The translations under genes were made by a program, and so were the position numbers. From Pecten maximus (taxonomy: Eukaryota), in assembly GCF_902652985.1 (NCBI RefSeq), contig NC_047026.1, positions 26,288,001 to 26,352,000 on the forward strand: 64,000 nt of DNA, read 5' to 3'. Positions 39,401 to 53,084 of the stretch are shown piece by piece (position 1 is the first letter of the stretch; each line of letters begins with the position of its first letter). Under the pieces are notes generated by a model. That model searched no databases. It was not told the origin of the DNA and was given only the letters and a program-made list of their open reading frames with translations.

Positions 39401-39958
39401 AATCCATTTAACTTAACGGAATACATCTTATTTTCAGAACTTAGAAGATGGTGAAAGGAAAAAGTTACATGCAAAAGAACAATTAAAGAGAGAAAAGAGA
39501 TTCTTGCAACGTCGCTTAGAAGGATTGTTGGAAGGCCAGTATAGAGTGAGACAGGAAAGAAGTATCAGTGAATGCAGCACATCTACAAATTCAACTACCT
39601 CTTCTACTTCTGAGTCGGGTAAGTTCTATGGTTTTATCACTTCAGGAATTGGTACATGTTATCATGTTTAGATTTTATTTATTTTTTTTTTCTTGGAGAA
39701 ATCATTTTGGTGCTGATGAGTGGATCTGTGACCAAATGATAACATTTTTTTAAAACATATTTTGTTGCAAAAATTTCTGAAAATTTATGTAATAATTAAT
39801 TCTTGTTTTATTAATTTGCAGATGAAATTGACATCCTGGGCTATGGCAGTGCCCAGAGTGACACCGACGATCACAGTAGCATCGAGAGTAGTGGCAGCGA
39901 TTATTATACTAATTCAAAACACCTAGGTTACAACGCCTCTTCATTTGAGTCCCTATGA
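36411..39958 (+). CDS. MXI1: MAX dimerization protein (Mad/Mxi1/MXD family bHLH-ZIP repressor), 6 coding exons: 36411-36471, 36590-36677, 37787-37816, 38647-38761, 39438-39618, 39822-39958; 203 aa
   Basis: All introns are GT-AG and phases join into one 612-nt ORF. It contains the Sin3-interaction domain [25 protein letters not shown], basic region [45 protein letters not shown], a leucine zipper and a Ser/acidic C-terminus. The family is certain. MXI1 versus MXD1 is nominal, since an invertebrate gene is probably co-orthologous to vertebrate MXD1-4. Confidence 0.96.
36590..36677 (+). CDS. MXI1: Mad/Mxi1 coding exon 2
   Basis: tttacag| [29 protein letters not shown] |gtacgt. Confidence 0.93.
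37787..37816 (+). CDS. MXI1: Mad/Mxi1 coding exon 3 (30-nt basic-region microexon)
   Basis: ttccttccag| [11 protein letters not shown] |gtaagt. Confidence 0.95.
38647..38761 (+). CDS. MXI1: Mad/Mxi1 coding exon 4 (HLH)
   Basis: atttcag| [38 protein letters not shown] |gtgagt. Confidence 0.95.
39438..39618 (+). CDS. MXI1: Mad/Mxi1 coding exon 5 (zipper and Ser/Thr-rich region)
   Basis: ttttcag| [60 protein letters not shown] |gtaagt. Confidence 0.93.
39822..39958 (+). CDS. MXI1: Mad/Mxi1 coding exon 6 to stop
   Basis: tttgcag| [45 protein letters not shown] (TGA 39956-39958). Confidence 0.92.
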
Positions 39959-42545
39959 AAATGACAGGCGCCTTGGTTGACTGTCCCGCGAGATTGTTAT
40001 ACAGTTAACCAGGCTAATTGTTGCTAGCTGGTATTGGTTGGATGTTATAATTTGTGGGCGGAAGAATGTCGTAACAATTTTGTTGTATATCTGTGTATGA
40101 AAGGAAGTGAAGTAGTGTCCAATTTTTGTCCACAGATCTGTTACGAAAATTTGCTGCATGTTGATTGACACATTATGACTGCAGAGGAATGCTATTTTTT
40201 TGGAGAGAAAGTTGTGTCTTTGTTTTATCTGTTGTTAATGTATTATACCATGTAATTTTTAAAATATCTCATTTTTGTGAAATTAAGGAAAATTGAATAG
40301 TACCAGTCTTATGAAAAATGGTAGAAACTGACAAGTTAGGATTTGAAACTAAGCAAGCACAGTTCAAATTCTCCATGCATGCATACTGCACAGTTCAACT
40401 TTATATTGTAGGTAATTACTAAAAATTAGTTGCTAAAAAAACAACCCCACTGCACTTAAATCCATTGATTATAAACTTAAATGTGATTAATGTAAAATGG
40501 ATTACTTTCGTCCCTTTAAAAACAGTTCATTTTCATATGGGAAAGCTTCACATGCAGATCTTTATATTGGAAACGAAAATCAGATTTAAATATTTCATTC
40601 CATTAGTTCAAGAACTAAATACCAACTTATTTTGGAGGAATAAGCAAAATGACATCTGTTTAAAAGGCAGCATATCTTGATTTTCAACAAGGATTTCATG
40701 GAAATATTTTCTTTAGAATTTGAAATGTTGGAAGGTTGATGATTGAAGAGAAAATGAATACGAGTGGAAGATTTACTTTGGATTTTGCATGATCATTTTT
40801 GCGAAAGGTAAATTGAAAAGGAGACATGGGGATGCAACATGAACGCTACAGATATTGTTATCTGTATAGATACTTTTTAATGAAAAACTTACCCTAGGTA
40901 GTTAATAACCCATATGTAGATCTCTGTCTTGTGCACATGATAGGAAACGGTCCTAGCATCTTATTTTCAGGAAACATTAAAAAGTATTTTGTAAATATTT
41001 TTCAGCATAAACAGTGCTTGCTAGTATGTGATCATAGAAATATCAAGAATACTCATTTTCAGTCATGCCACTTAACTTGTCCATGAATCACAAATTTATC
41101 GGTATACAAACTCCTGGAGGAATTGAAATCATCAAAAGAAAACAAGTGCAGAGAATTTGAGATCTAGGAATAAAAATTCAAAAGGTAAAACTGGAGTGCT
41201 AAATAAAGTCTTGTAATTCTACAAAAAGCCTGTAAATTATATATTCCACATTTAAAGATACCAAAGAAAAAGTTGTGCATGATGTTCAGTGTTCACTTGC
41301 GTAATATTATATTTGATGAAAGGTGTATGACCTGTGAAGTCAAAAAGTATGATAGCATTGTTGTTCTTTTAGAGTTGGTGTGAATTAAAAACTATTTTAA
41401 GGGGTATTTTTTAGAATTTCTGTGGCAGCTCCTACTACAAGTAAGGATTACAAATGATGTGTATTTTGGTGAACAATATTCTAGTAAAAAACCGTTTGGA
41501 GGTCTTTGTATCTTTCATTTTCTCGTCCATCAGTAAGCCAAAACCTGTCTGGTTTACAGTGACGGGTTGACAAGAACATAGCCTATCCAGGAAATGTTAC
41601 CAAATATTGAGGGGAATGGAGGTATGTACCAGCCTACCTGGACTGTTGTCAAGAACTTGTGAAAATAAGTGCTAATTTGTGAATTAGAATCATATTGGAG
41701 AAGTCATGTTTTTACCGTTTTTTGGGAGAGACAGTGAAGTGAATTCGCAAAAAAAGGAAGACCAGGAATGTATCTACTGATCTCACAAATATTTTACATT
41801 GTATTAAATCTGGTATTAATTTTTATGTGCAATCCACACTACATTACACTGAGGCCAGGGGTCAGTTTGATGATTTTAATTTTCACTTGTGTGATTTGGA
41901 AAGCCTGTTTTAATATATAGGTGGGGATAATCTACATAGGTGGGTAACAAATTTGTCTTTTACTTCTTGTTCATCTTCTAGCAAATTGTTGGGACAAATA
42001 GCAAAATGTGTGACCTCTTTTTAGGTCATGCAAGCTGCCAAAAGTCTTTTCATCATTTTGCAAGAAATTGGATGTCCCCTCCTGTTGTTAGACTATGTTA
42101 ATGTGTTTATTTAATCAATCCTGTCTTAGGACCAATATATTTATTACAAGAAAAAATAATATATAGTATGTTAATTATGTGTCCTTTGTATAATGCATAA
42201 TGTCTCCTTCACAACTTTCTCAGAGAAATGGTTGCGAGACAGTTACCCAGATTCGCTTTCAAGGACTTGTTTTGGAGATAGAGGGGAAGACGATTTCTGT
42301 TGAAACTTTAAAGACTTGTATCATTAAAATAGATTGAGCCGTCCTTTTATATCGGAACTATTTCCCTGTCATTTCCTAGTGCCTTGTTACTTAACAGTGT
42401 ATTGACATGAATCAATGTTTCTCGAGTAAACAAAAAAATGTTTAAAGATAGAAATAGATGATGCATCATGTTTAGAAAATGCTGAGGTATTTTGTAAATG
42501 ACGGTGCAGATTAAAATAAATAAATCTGTTTTCTATGAAATTATT
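39959..42545 (+). other. Long 3' UTR of Mad/Mxi1; candidate polyA signals at 42515-42524 (may extend to the AATAAA near 43996)
   Basis: T-rich, repeat-free, CpG-poor sequence after the stop codon; overlapping AATAAATAAA. Confidence 0.5.
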
Positions 42546-44559
42546 CAAAACTTGTCCTTGACTGCTATTATTAACTGAGACAGGAAAAGAAACACAAAGT
42601 GGAGCAGCTATGTATTCCAGTGGATAATGAATTGTGTGAAAACCAAGCTATTTTTGTTTCAGTTGACATGGGTAATTTTACTGCATTATAGTTTAGCTAC
42701 ATCTGTGATATGTGCGGAAAAGTGCAAGAAAATTTGATATTATCGGTCAATTAGTGACAGAATTTTCATGTTCTACTTAAGAGGGTGGGAAAATGCCCAC
42801 CTGTCTTGATAAAATTCTTGAAAATTAAGATCAAAATCTGTTTTTAATTTAATTAATATTGCCCTCTGGCTCACTTGATCTGATGTATAAAATTGTCGAT
42901 CAAAAACAATTTTAATGTTTTGTATATTATGTGAATGTATTTTCTTGGGCAGACATCTCTTGATTTAATGAAATTATTTCGTAGAAAATCTGTACCTGCA
43001 TCTCAAAAACAAGTGTTAGCTTTATATTGCCCAACTTCGTCAGTTGGAATTTGTAGCTTTCTGTGAAGTTAAATAGCTACACAGAAAGCCAGTATGATGG
43101 TTTTTTTTTTTTTTTTTATTATGAAAGAGAAATATGATCCCATTCTTTAATATAAGTATAATTTGCCATCATTTGATAAAGGAAATGTGATGTTTAATAT
43201 CAACATTGTTCCCGGTGTATCTACTGTGAACATAATGAAGTAGTTCCCGGTGTATCTACTGTGAACATAATGAAGTAGATTTTCTGTATGGTGCATTAAA
43301 AAAAGTCACGCAAGAGTATTCTATAACTGGTCTAAGTGTAAAGAATGTCGAATCTTGAAGAAACAATATGCAAAGCATAATGGTGCGAAAGGATAGCTCT
43401 GTTGTTACATCAGGTGAATGTGTAAATACTGCTTATATATATTACACACAGAATTTCACCTGTTTTTCATTACAAAGGCAGGAAATTATCACCATCAAGC
43501 TAAATTCCAAGCTTGCATTTTTCAAAACAAAAAGTTGGATAATTCCAAACAAGCCCATTTTTTAAGAACTGTGTAATATGAATTATTTAACTTGTGAATA
43601 TATACCTGAATGTTTTTGTTGCTTTTCCCGAAGCACGGAGAAAAAGTGACCTGCGACAATTGTAATTAACAAAGGTTTGTGTAAATGCAATTTTAACTTG
43701 TTATTAAATGGAAGTTATTTATGACAAAGAAAAACAGTATGTGAGAATTTTTCTTGTTTTAATATTTTTGCATGAATGTTGTTGCAAGAGGAACAAATGA
43801 TAAAATGTTAAACCAAAATGAAAAAAAAAATGTGAGGTATATATTGGCATGTGATAAGTGTCCTCAATATAGAGTAGGGCACAGTCCACTATCCAGCGTG
43901 AGAGATGTCCAATGATGTTGATATACAAAGGTTAGATTACTCACCTAGAATGTAAATCTGTCTTCAAAGTATTGTTTCACTGTTCTCGACTGAGAATAAA
44001 GTGTAATGAATATTTTATATTATCGTTCTTGTAATTTTTTTCAACGAACCCATCGGGGTATATGGAATCTTAGGTTGTCTTCTCTTCTGTGCTGCAGTTA
44101 GTAAAATTGGTAACGCCCATCTGTTTGGATGCCAACTTGATGACAGTTTGCTGAATTCGACCCTTATTTTGTGCCCTGAAGATGAATTTACAAATCATTG
44201 AGTTAAGAATTGTTTTGCGTCTATCTGGGTAAATATACTTATTCACAGTTTCTCCTTCCATCAATGATACACTAAGGATTGCTTTACTTAAATTCATGTT
44301 GAAGCTGAATTTTACCCAACGAGAACTGGACAAAATTTGTTTTACCTACGTGAGAGTTGAGGAAGCAGTTTTCTTTAATAAAGAATAATAAAGAACATAG
44401 TGTTTTCCTGGTGAACAAATGGAACCAATGTTTCTCATTTTGATATCTGATGACGCCGCTGCTGTTGAAATCTATTATCAGTCCATAAACAATTCATATC
44501 ATCACTATTTTTAAAATGGCAGTAGCTTACTTCAAATGTCAAAAAACGAAATGACGGCT

Positions 44560-45125
44560 GTCTGATCAGTCCCCAAATAAATCACACAAATAACTAGGGA
44601 CTAGTGGCCATAGGAACCTACATATTGGAGAGATCCATCGAGAACTTCATCACAAATAGTGACAATAAACTCGAAATGACTGCCAGTCAACCATTTTGTT
44701 TCCCAATTGGTCTCAAAATTGATCATGCACAACTTGTGATCATGGAGATCTGTAGAGTATTTACACAGAATGTACCAAATGAATCGTTCCCAAGTTTCAC
44801 ATGTAGGTTCCTCTTGGTCCATATTTGTGCGTACTAAATTCTGAGACTGATCGGAGCGACGGACAGGTGTCCATATTTAATTTTGTTACTGCTACTTAGT
44901 GGTATCCTCAAAATATGTTAGTTTTGCATTGTTAATTGCTGATACTGACTGAATAAAATGGCCGTCTAGGATTTTGATGGATGAAGTATGTTACCACTAT
45001 TTTCATTAGATGGAGGTATACGGGAAGGATCTTTCTAAATTGCACATGTAACTTTTACGAGGAGTTGTGCATGCTAATTTTTGAGACTGATCGGAATACA
45101 AAATGGTTGACAGGTGATCATCTAT
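44560..45125. mobile_element. Decayed HINE/Helentron-type core repeats
   Basis: Recurrent motifs CCATTTTG, GAGACTGATCGGA (44843 and 45083), AAAATGGCCG and GACAGGTG, typical of old bivalve core repeats. Confidence 0.3.
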
Positions 45126-48100
45126 GATAGTCTGTATCACCATTTCTCGAAATTTTGTCAATGATTATGATTACGTGTATATATTTTCAAAGTGCCCATT
45201 GTGGTTTCTTTGCGATAGTTACACGTTCAATAATGGAGCTGACAAATTTAAGTACAGTGTTTTGTGATCTCTTGTTGCATTATTTAAATTGGACATTACG
45301 TTGCTGAGGATTATCTCGTTTCATTATATAACTTGGACATTGTGTTGGCAGGGAATGTATGACGTAGCAGATCTCTTAATTGTTTTACACGTGTATTCAG
45401 TAAAGTAATTATTACAAAAGTATTTTCCTGAATTAAGACTTGGTTACAAACACAAATTAAAGATGTACAATGATCAACGTGGTTTCAATACCTAAGGGCC
45501 AATCATGTCGAGAAACACTATTCAGAACATTGAAGCATTCCTGAGCCCCACTCGATTTGCACTCTTCTCCTTCTAGAATATCTTCCGGTCACTCGATTTG
45601 TAGCTCTTCTGCTTCTGGAAGATCTCCTATCTCTTCCGTCTCGAAGCTGGAAGATTTATCTTCCAAGATGGCGGCGACCATGCTTTCAAGTGTGCGAGTG
45701 ATGAGTTTCACCAGAGAAGGATATATGACACATACATGCACGTGTTTGTGTCATAGTGTTTCAGAAAACTTAAAAACTTGTTTATTTTGGGTTATATTCT
45801 CCCGGTTCACTCGATTTACATATAACGGAATTTCGGAGTTTTTGATATACATATCTAGATTTCCCTAACCTTTCGTCGGTATTTCCAGAGTTTTAGTCCT
45901 ATGATCCCACAGGACAAATCAGCGGAAAGTGGAAATGTTATGTATTAATCAGCACGCATGACCGCCGTAGAACCTTTCACGATGAGATAGTCCGAAGGCC
46001 TGTGGTACTTTAACAGGCGGTTTGGAGTTTGAATTGTGTGCCATCATTTGCGTTAAGTAGCTGGTCACGAGTACCTTTCAACGTAACTCTTCTGTATCTG
46101 CACGTGACATGTGAAAGTTCGGAGTAAAGCATTATTATGAGTCTTTATTTCCTCACTATAAGGCCGATCATTTTAACCCCCGCCCCATACCAGACGTAGG
46201 GCAATATATTTGGGAAAACACACTTTTTGTACTGCTTTCTGATGAATTAGAGCTAGAGAATTACACAGCAGGTAATTTTATAAGTTTTACATCAATGTAA
46301 AATAATATTTAGGTTTTCAACATTATCGATGTAATTGGGTTAGATTAAAGATGACAACGTATTGAGGTGTAATTTAAATCTATAATGGCGCATAACGTTC
46401 CATATTCACTGTAGCTATCTAGGATTCCTCTTTGATAAACTTGATAGATATCAAATGAATTACAAACCTACTTTAAATTAGATCGATTGCCCTCGTACAC
46501 ATATCTAGTACATGTATGTTCTGTAGTGTTTATTACGGACTATATTGAGTCACGAATGCGTATTAACACACTTCACATGATGACATCGCTGACTGGTCAA
46601 CCTCCCTTGGGCAGTGGGCAGTCTGGTGGATGACCAGTCTATGCCAAATATGACCTGACAGTCTAGCACGCGACCTTATCCCTTGACCAAATAATGTGAA
46701 AACAAGTAAGACTTTGTCTAAATATTTGCAAACCCCATACATGGGCCTTTAATAGGGCTCACGTGGCCCTTAAGGAGTTAACAGCTGTAGCGGGACACAA
46801 ACAGCACGCGCATACAGCCAATAAAACTATGGATTCACGAAATAACAAACACTTCTCAAGATCGATTTTGATTTTGAATTGAGGCCTTCTTATCAAATCG
46901 TCTTTAGGCCATTTGCTGGCCTTTCCCCTGGTCAGTGATTGTCCCCTTAGGATCAATTTCAAGCTTCGATGTATGCCCTAAATGGCTATTTTTGGGGTCG
47001 TATTGCGGCTGCTCCCCAACATGACAATTTGAAGCACCTGGCCCATATGGCCTGCTCCAAACCTACAACAAAGGGCCGGTCCTCACTGGCCTAACGGGAT
47101 AATAGGTAACTGTGGCGTTGATCACCAGTTACTGTTCTCTGCACTATTCAAACGTCTTTGTTCATGAATTTTAAATGAAAATTTAAATGGTTTTTGTATA
47201 AACAGATGACAGTTGATGAGATTCCTGTCCTACATTTTAGCGACTACAGCAAATTTCGAAACTTCTTTGTTTATTGTCTAGGTTTTGGTATTTGCGCGCG
47301 TACCAATGCATTAACGGTAAAAAGGTAATGATCCTGAACGCAAGTCGTTTCGCGCTTAATTAACTTAATATTACAAACGCGATGAAATGAACCGACTCCA
47401 ATGTTAACAACGGTTAGATCAGAAGCATAACAAGGTGCACAATCTACCATTCAAAATGACCTTCCAAAATATCAAATATTGCCACAAGCTATTCTCACAA
47501 ATCTGTAATCTAATGATTTTAATGACGGATCTTCATCGCCGGTTCCAGTAATCTCAACTTTCCGGATCCAGCCATCGATTGTATGCCCACACAGGGAATT
47601 TGAGGGTCGATAATTGGCCCCATTCCCAATTAAAATTATTTCATATTTAACATAATTTCCCGAAATTTGTAGTTTACTCCCTAGAATTCCATTGCCGATT
47701 TACCGATTTTCTTCTCGAATTCAGACAGATCGGCATCATGACTTGTAAAAACGTGTATCGTGTTGCAGTATTAACGATTATATACACGTGCTTTGTGTTT
47801 AGGTACGGTGATTAGTTAATGTGTGAAATGCTAATTTGATCCAATTACCGCTCGATGATGCTGATAGGATGATCCCAGGTTCCATACACGCCAATCAATC
47901 TTTACATCTAATGAATTTGTAAAGACACACCGTACGATGCTGCTAGAGGAAGGAAACAATTTCCACGAACATTTCGGCAGATCCATTTATCTTTTCATCA
48001 GAGTTAGTCAAGGAAAATGGACTTCATTGTATTCTCAAATTTTGGTCGACATTAAATTTTACGTGACAGAAGACCTTGAGATAAAGATAAAAATCGTTCA

Positions 48101-50864
48101 TTTCAGATTCAAATCAAGACAACTGTTAAACGACTAACGAAGGTGATAGTCTTACTTAAAACGAATAATTATACTATCTATCGTTTCGTCAAGGTGAAAA
48201 AAAAGTCCAAATATTGAATTAGGGATAGCAGGACGAGATATACACGTATCCAGTTTCAAACGACAGGGGGTGGGATGGCAAGTCTGGGTGAAGATAAAAT
48301 TAACATATGATGTTCTATCTTTATTTTGGTCTTCACACATACATTGATTAAATGTCCCGATCAAGTGATTTATACATTTCCGTACAAACAGAGGCACACG
48401 TGTATTATGAGTATGCCCAGATATTTTAATACTTCTCAACCAGACACTGATTTACATATATTGAACTATTGATACATATCGATACCTGATCGGCTCGAGA
48501 GACAAGCTAAATTGAATTCTTGCCAAATGGGAATAGAGGAGATGGCATCAAATAAGTTGACAAATAAAAAGCCGAATTGTGCAAGCACCTGTTTTACGGC
48601 TACGATTGGATGATCAAACATGTATGTGAAAAACGTTATACAAAGTATCCCACCCCAGTATGGTATGTATGTGTGTCGTGACAAAACAGCCCTGTCATCT
48701 TTATTTCAGTAATCAGATTTCGCTGGATTGTAATGTATTCTAGTAAGTGATGACCCCGAAGCTCGCCAGATGACACTTGGGCAGTGGGCCTAACCTAATG
48801 TACAAAGATTGGGATTGCTATGTCATGTATATCATATGAACCAATTTATCGTTCGTGGGCATTGTGTCCAATATCCTATTGTCAACCCCATATTAGCCAC
48901 CACGGGAGGACAATGTATTCCTGAAACTAAATATCAACTGAAGTCCAACTGTGTCTCCTATTTATTTCACATGTCGATTAGTATATTATTTTTTATACTG
49001 GGATTCTAATTATATCCCGCATATTCAGGGAGAATCTGGCCTACGTACATTATATTGATGTCACTAATATAAACCACTGTAGTCGTTTTGATGTGCTCCG
49101 TCATCTTTACCCCAACACTTGTAACCGCGATATTCCATTATTGAGATCTGGTGACCTTCCCCTTATCTCGGTGATGTCACTGAAGGTCTTTTTTTGTCAG
49201 AACGCGACGTTCCAGACTTAATCCGAGTTACCTCCGACATCGACACCAGATGCGAGACATTTTGCTGGTAACCACTGGTGTTGGGACTAGAATTCGGACC
49301 AGTTATGTAACAACACAAATGATTCTCGATCAATGTCTGGTGTTTCGATAAGATAAACTCATATACAGGATTGAAAAAGTATCGACATCTGAAGGCAGAT
49401 TACGCGGAAATTGGGCTTCGTTAGCTTTGTAACGGTAGTCCATCAAACTGTCAGTGGTGTCATTAATACCGACATCTGATTAATATTCTGATATATCATG
49501 TCGACTTGCTCTCGTAAAACACGGGTGATCACACGTCTTAGCCAGCACTAAACGTCCGTGTATCCCTCGCCCTCATACTAATACGTACTGTATCGCCATT
49601 GTAACCAAACCATGTATAAATAGGACTGATTTAACACTGAACACGTATTGTTCACTGTTCACCAGTGAGAGCAATCGGTGTTCAAAAACAGGCGTACGAG
49701 TGATTTCAGCGTCAACAATATCGAGACAATAAACAATATCAAACAATAAATCAAAGACATCGCGTCTATACAGGGCCACGCGCGATCTCCTTCAACAATT
49801 GTACACGTGTAATGTACTTAGAAAGGACACGGTCGCTCTACACCATGGGGTACTACTGAATATCCAATGTATTAACAGTAATGCTGCTTTTTATAACGAT
49901 ATCTTTTACCGATAGAATTTCACATTTCATGCAACCTCACGTTCGCTTAAAACACAGCATATCCCCATTTTACCATTAAGAGTTAATCGACTGTATTTCT
50001 GCTTTGCCTTCTCCATATCTAATGTACCTGCGTGTGTACAATGATGTGTTGTCATCACAAAAATTGCCTGTTTGGCTTATATCTGAAAAGATCAGATAGC
50101 CCTGAATCATATGACAATAAAATTGTCCACACGAACATTAATAATCACTATAATACCTCATAAAGACATATATATATACATGTATATATATATATATACT
50201 TTAACCCGTATGTTAATTAAAGACATGGCTAATTAAAATCTTACTCTTGTATGTATACCTTTTGTATACACATGTGTCGGAGGTTAATTTGTGCGGAACG
50301 TCCCGACCTTCCTGGTAAAGATAAAACAGTAGAGTATGACACTGACCCAATTACACGTTATTGTAAGGAAGATTAATGAATCCATGTCATACATAGTGGG
50401 CCATACCAAACGATAGACACGTGGAGGTCATTCACCCTCAACCTACAACAGGAAGATCACTGTTTACGGTCAAACTGTCGAATTAAAACATTTACGGATA
50501 TCAAGAAAAAAACACCCACATGGAAAGTAGATCACTAACAGTGTTCACACCACCGACAGGAGATTTTACACTTTTTTCTGGATCGTTATCCTAAAAACAA
50601 GTACTCTTCCCCACCTCACTGATGACACTAGCGCTCCTAACCAATAACTCACCAGCATTGACCCACTAACCAATTTATCTTACCCATGACAGCGCTGTAT
50701 ACTCTGAGAACGATTGGCTTCGACTGGGTAACAAACTGGTCACCAGAGGGCTTACGAGAGAAATATTGATCCGAGAAAATATCAACGGTTTTTCTTTTCA
50801 GCTAGTGAGATGCACGCACTTCTCCAACTTTATAGGATTTCAAATGATCTATTTGTATGGCAGT

Positions 50865-51440
50865 ACCATTTCCTTGTAAACTCTCTCTTCCCTTGGTGAC
50901 CTACCATTTCCTACGTAACTTCCCTTTGTTTTCCTTGTATTCTATCCTTGATAGATTTTTCCTTTCCTTGTAAGCTTTCCTAAATTGGTTCCCTAGTAAC
51001 ATTCTCTTTCCTTAGTAATCGTTCCAGGCTCCTTTCCTTTCCTTGGTTCCTTAGTAACCCTTTAACATTTACTTTCTTTGGATTTCCTGATAATTTGTTC
51101 CTTGGTAACCATTTGTTTCCTTGGTAACATACCCTTTCTTTGGTAGCAGTCCCTTTTCTTGTCTTTCTTGGTAACTGTTTCCTTGGTAGCCCTTCCTTTC
51201 TTTGGCCTTTTTTGATGATTAGATCCTTGGTAACCATTCCTTTCCTTTGTTTCCCCGGTAACCAACCTGAATTCATTAGTTTCTTTGACACCATTCCTTT
51301 CATTGGTTTCCCTGGTAACCACCCTGAATTCCAAGGTTTCTTTGATAACTTTTTTTTCCTTGGTGGCTTTCTTGCCTTTCTTGATATCTGTTTCCTTGCT
51401 AACTCTTCCTTTCGCCGATTTCCTTGGTAACTTATCTTTT
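50865..51440. repeat. Degenerate pyrimidine-rich repeat built on TTCCTTGGTAACC
   Basis: The motif recurs many times at irregular ~20-30 bp spacing. Confidence 0.8.
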
Positions 51441-51962
51441 GATCGGAAAGTTGCCCTATTTATTTGCTTTCTCAAGTCTCACAAACATGTATTTATGTAC
51501 ACTTAATGAGTACTAAACACTAAGAAACAGTGTTTAGAATAACAATATTTATATTCATGAAAAACTATTACATGTACAATGTTGATAAATTTGACTGAGT
51601 TTTCTTGTAAAATTGATATATATATATAAATATCATATACCATATCGATCCGCAAATATGCCTGTGTCTACAAATACACACCCAAATATAAAATTTGAAG
51701 TTAAAAGTTGTTCAGAAATAAGCCCTCCCCAAACATTAATACTGAACACACCAGGGGAGTTATACAGTGTGTGGAAGGACTGTTAACCTGAACAGCCTAG
51801 CCATCCCTCGGACTGGTGATACACAAAGATGGTCAGTCATCCCTCGGACTGGTCATACACAAAGATGGTCATTCACACTGATCTTATGGTAATACTAACT
51901 GGAATTATATATGTCAAAAACATAATCTTTAATTTTGGAATATTCAATACAGGTACACAATT

Positions 51963-53076
51963 TTGTAATACACCTGTGTTTGTTACAATACTGTACATCA
52001 TTACAGATCATCTGTTGTAATATACCTGTGTGTTGTTACAATACTGTACGTCATTACAGATTATCTATTGTAATATACCTGTGTTTGTTACAATACTGTG
52101 CATCATTACAGATTATCTGTTGTAATATACCTGTGTTGTTACAATACTGTATATCATTACAGATTATCTGTTGTAATATACCTGTGTTGTTACAATACTG
52201 TACATCATTACAGATTATCTGTTGTAATATACCTGTGTGTTGTTACAATACTGTACGTCATTACAGATTATCTGTTGTAATATACCTGTGTTTGTTACAA
52301 TACTGTACATCATTACAGATTATCTGTTGTAATATACCTGTGTTGTTACAATACTGTATATCATTACAGATTATCTGTTGTAATATACCTGTGTTGTTAC
52401 AATACTGTACATCATTACAGATTATCTGTTGTAATATACCTGTGTTTGTTACAATACTGTACATCATTACAGATTATCTATTGTAATATACCTGTGTGTT
52501 GTTACAATACTGTACATCATTACAGATTATCTATTGTAATATACCTGTGTGTTGTTACAATACTGTATATCATTACAGATTATCTGTTGTAATATACCTG
52601 TGTTTGCTAGAATACTGTACATCATTACAGATTATCTGTTGTAATATACCTGTGTTTGTTACAATACTGTACATCATTACAGATTATCTATTGTAATATA
52701 CCTGTGTGTTGTTACAATACTGTATATCATTACAGATTATCTGTTGTAATATACCTGTGTTGTTACAATACTGTACATCATTACAGATTATCTGTTGTAA
52801 TATACCTGTGTTTGTTACAATACTGTACATCTTTACAGATTATCTATTGTAATATACCTGTGTGTTGTTACAATACTGTACATCATTACAGATTATCTAT
52901 TGTAATATACCTGTGTGTTGTTACAATACTGTATATCATTACAGATTATCTGTTGTAATATACCTGTGTGTTGTTACAATACTGTACATCATTACAGATT
53001 ATCTATTGTAATATACCTGTGTGTTGTTACAATACTGTACATCATTACAGATTATCTGTTGTAGTATACCTGTGTG
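51963..53076. repeat. Minisatellite, 51-53-bp unit
   Basis: TGTAATATACCTGTG(T/TG)TTGTTACAATACTGTACATCATTACAGATTATCTGT, about 21 copies. Confidence 0.96.
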
Positions 53077-53084
53077 TTTTGTTT

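Noticed and set aside
44447-44482. CTGATGA...GAAA hammerhead candidate
   Set aside because: Intervening and flanking bases do not form the required helices
45589-45591. In-frame TGA read as selenocysteine
   Set aside because: No redox motif or selenoprotein similarity and no SECIS identified; the codon sits in a short tandem duplication
50980-51506. Lys/Arg-rich ORFs
   Set aside because: By-product of a degenerate CT-rich repeat
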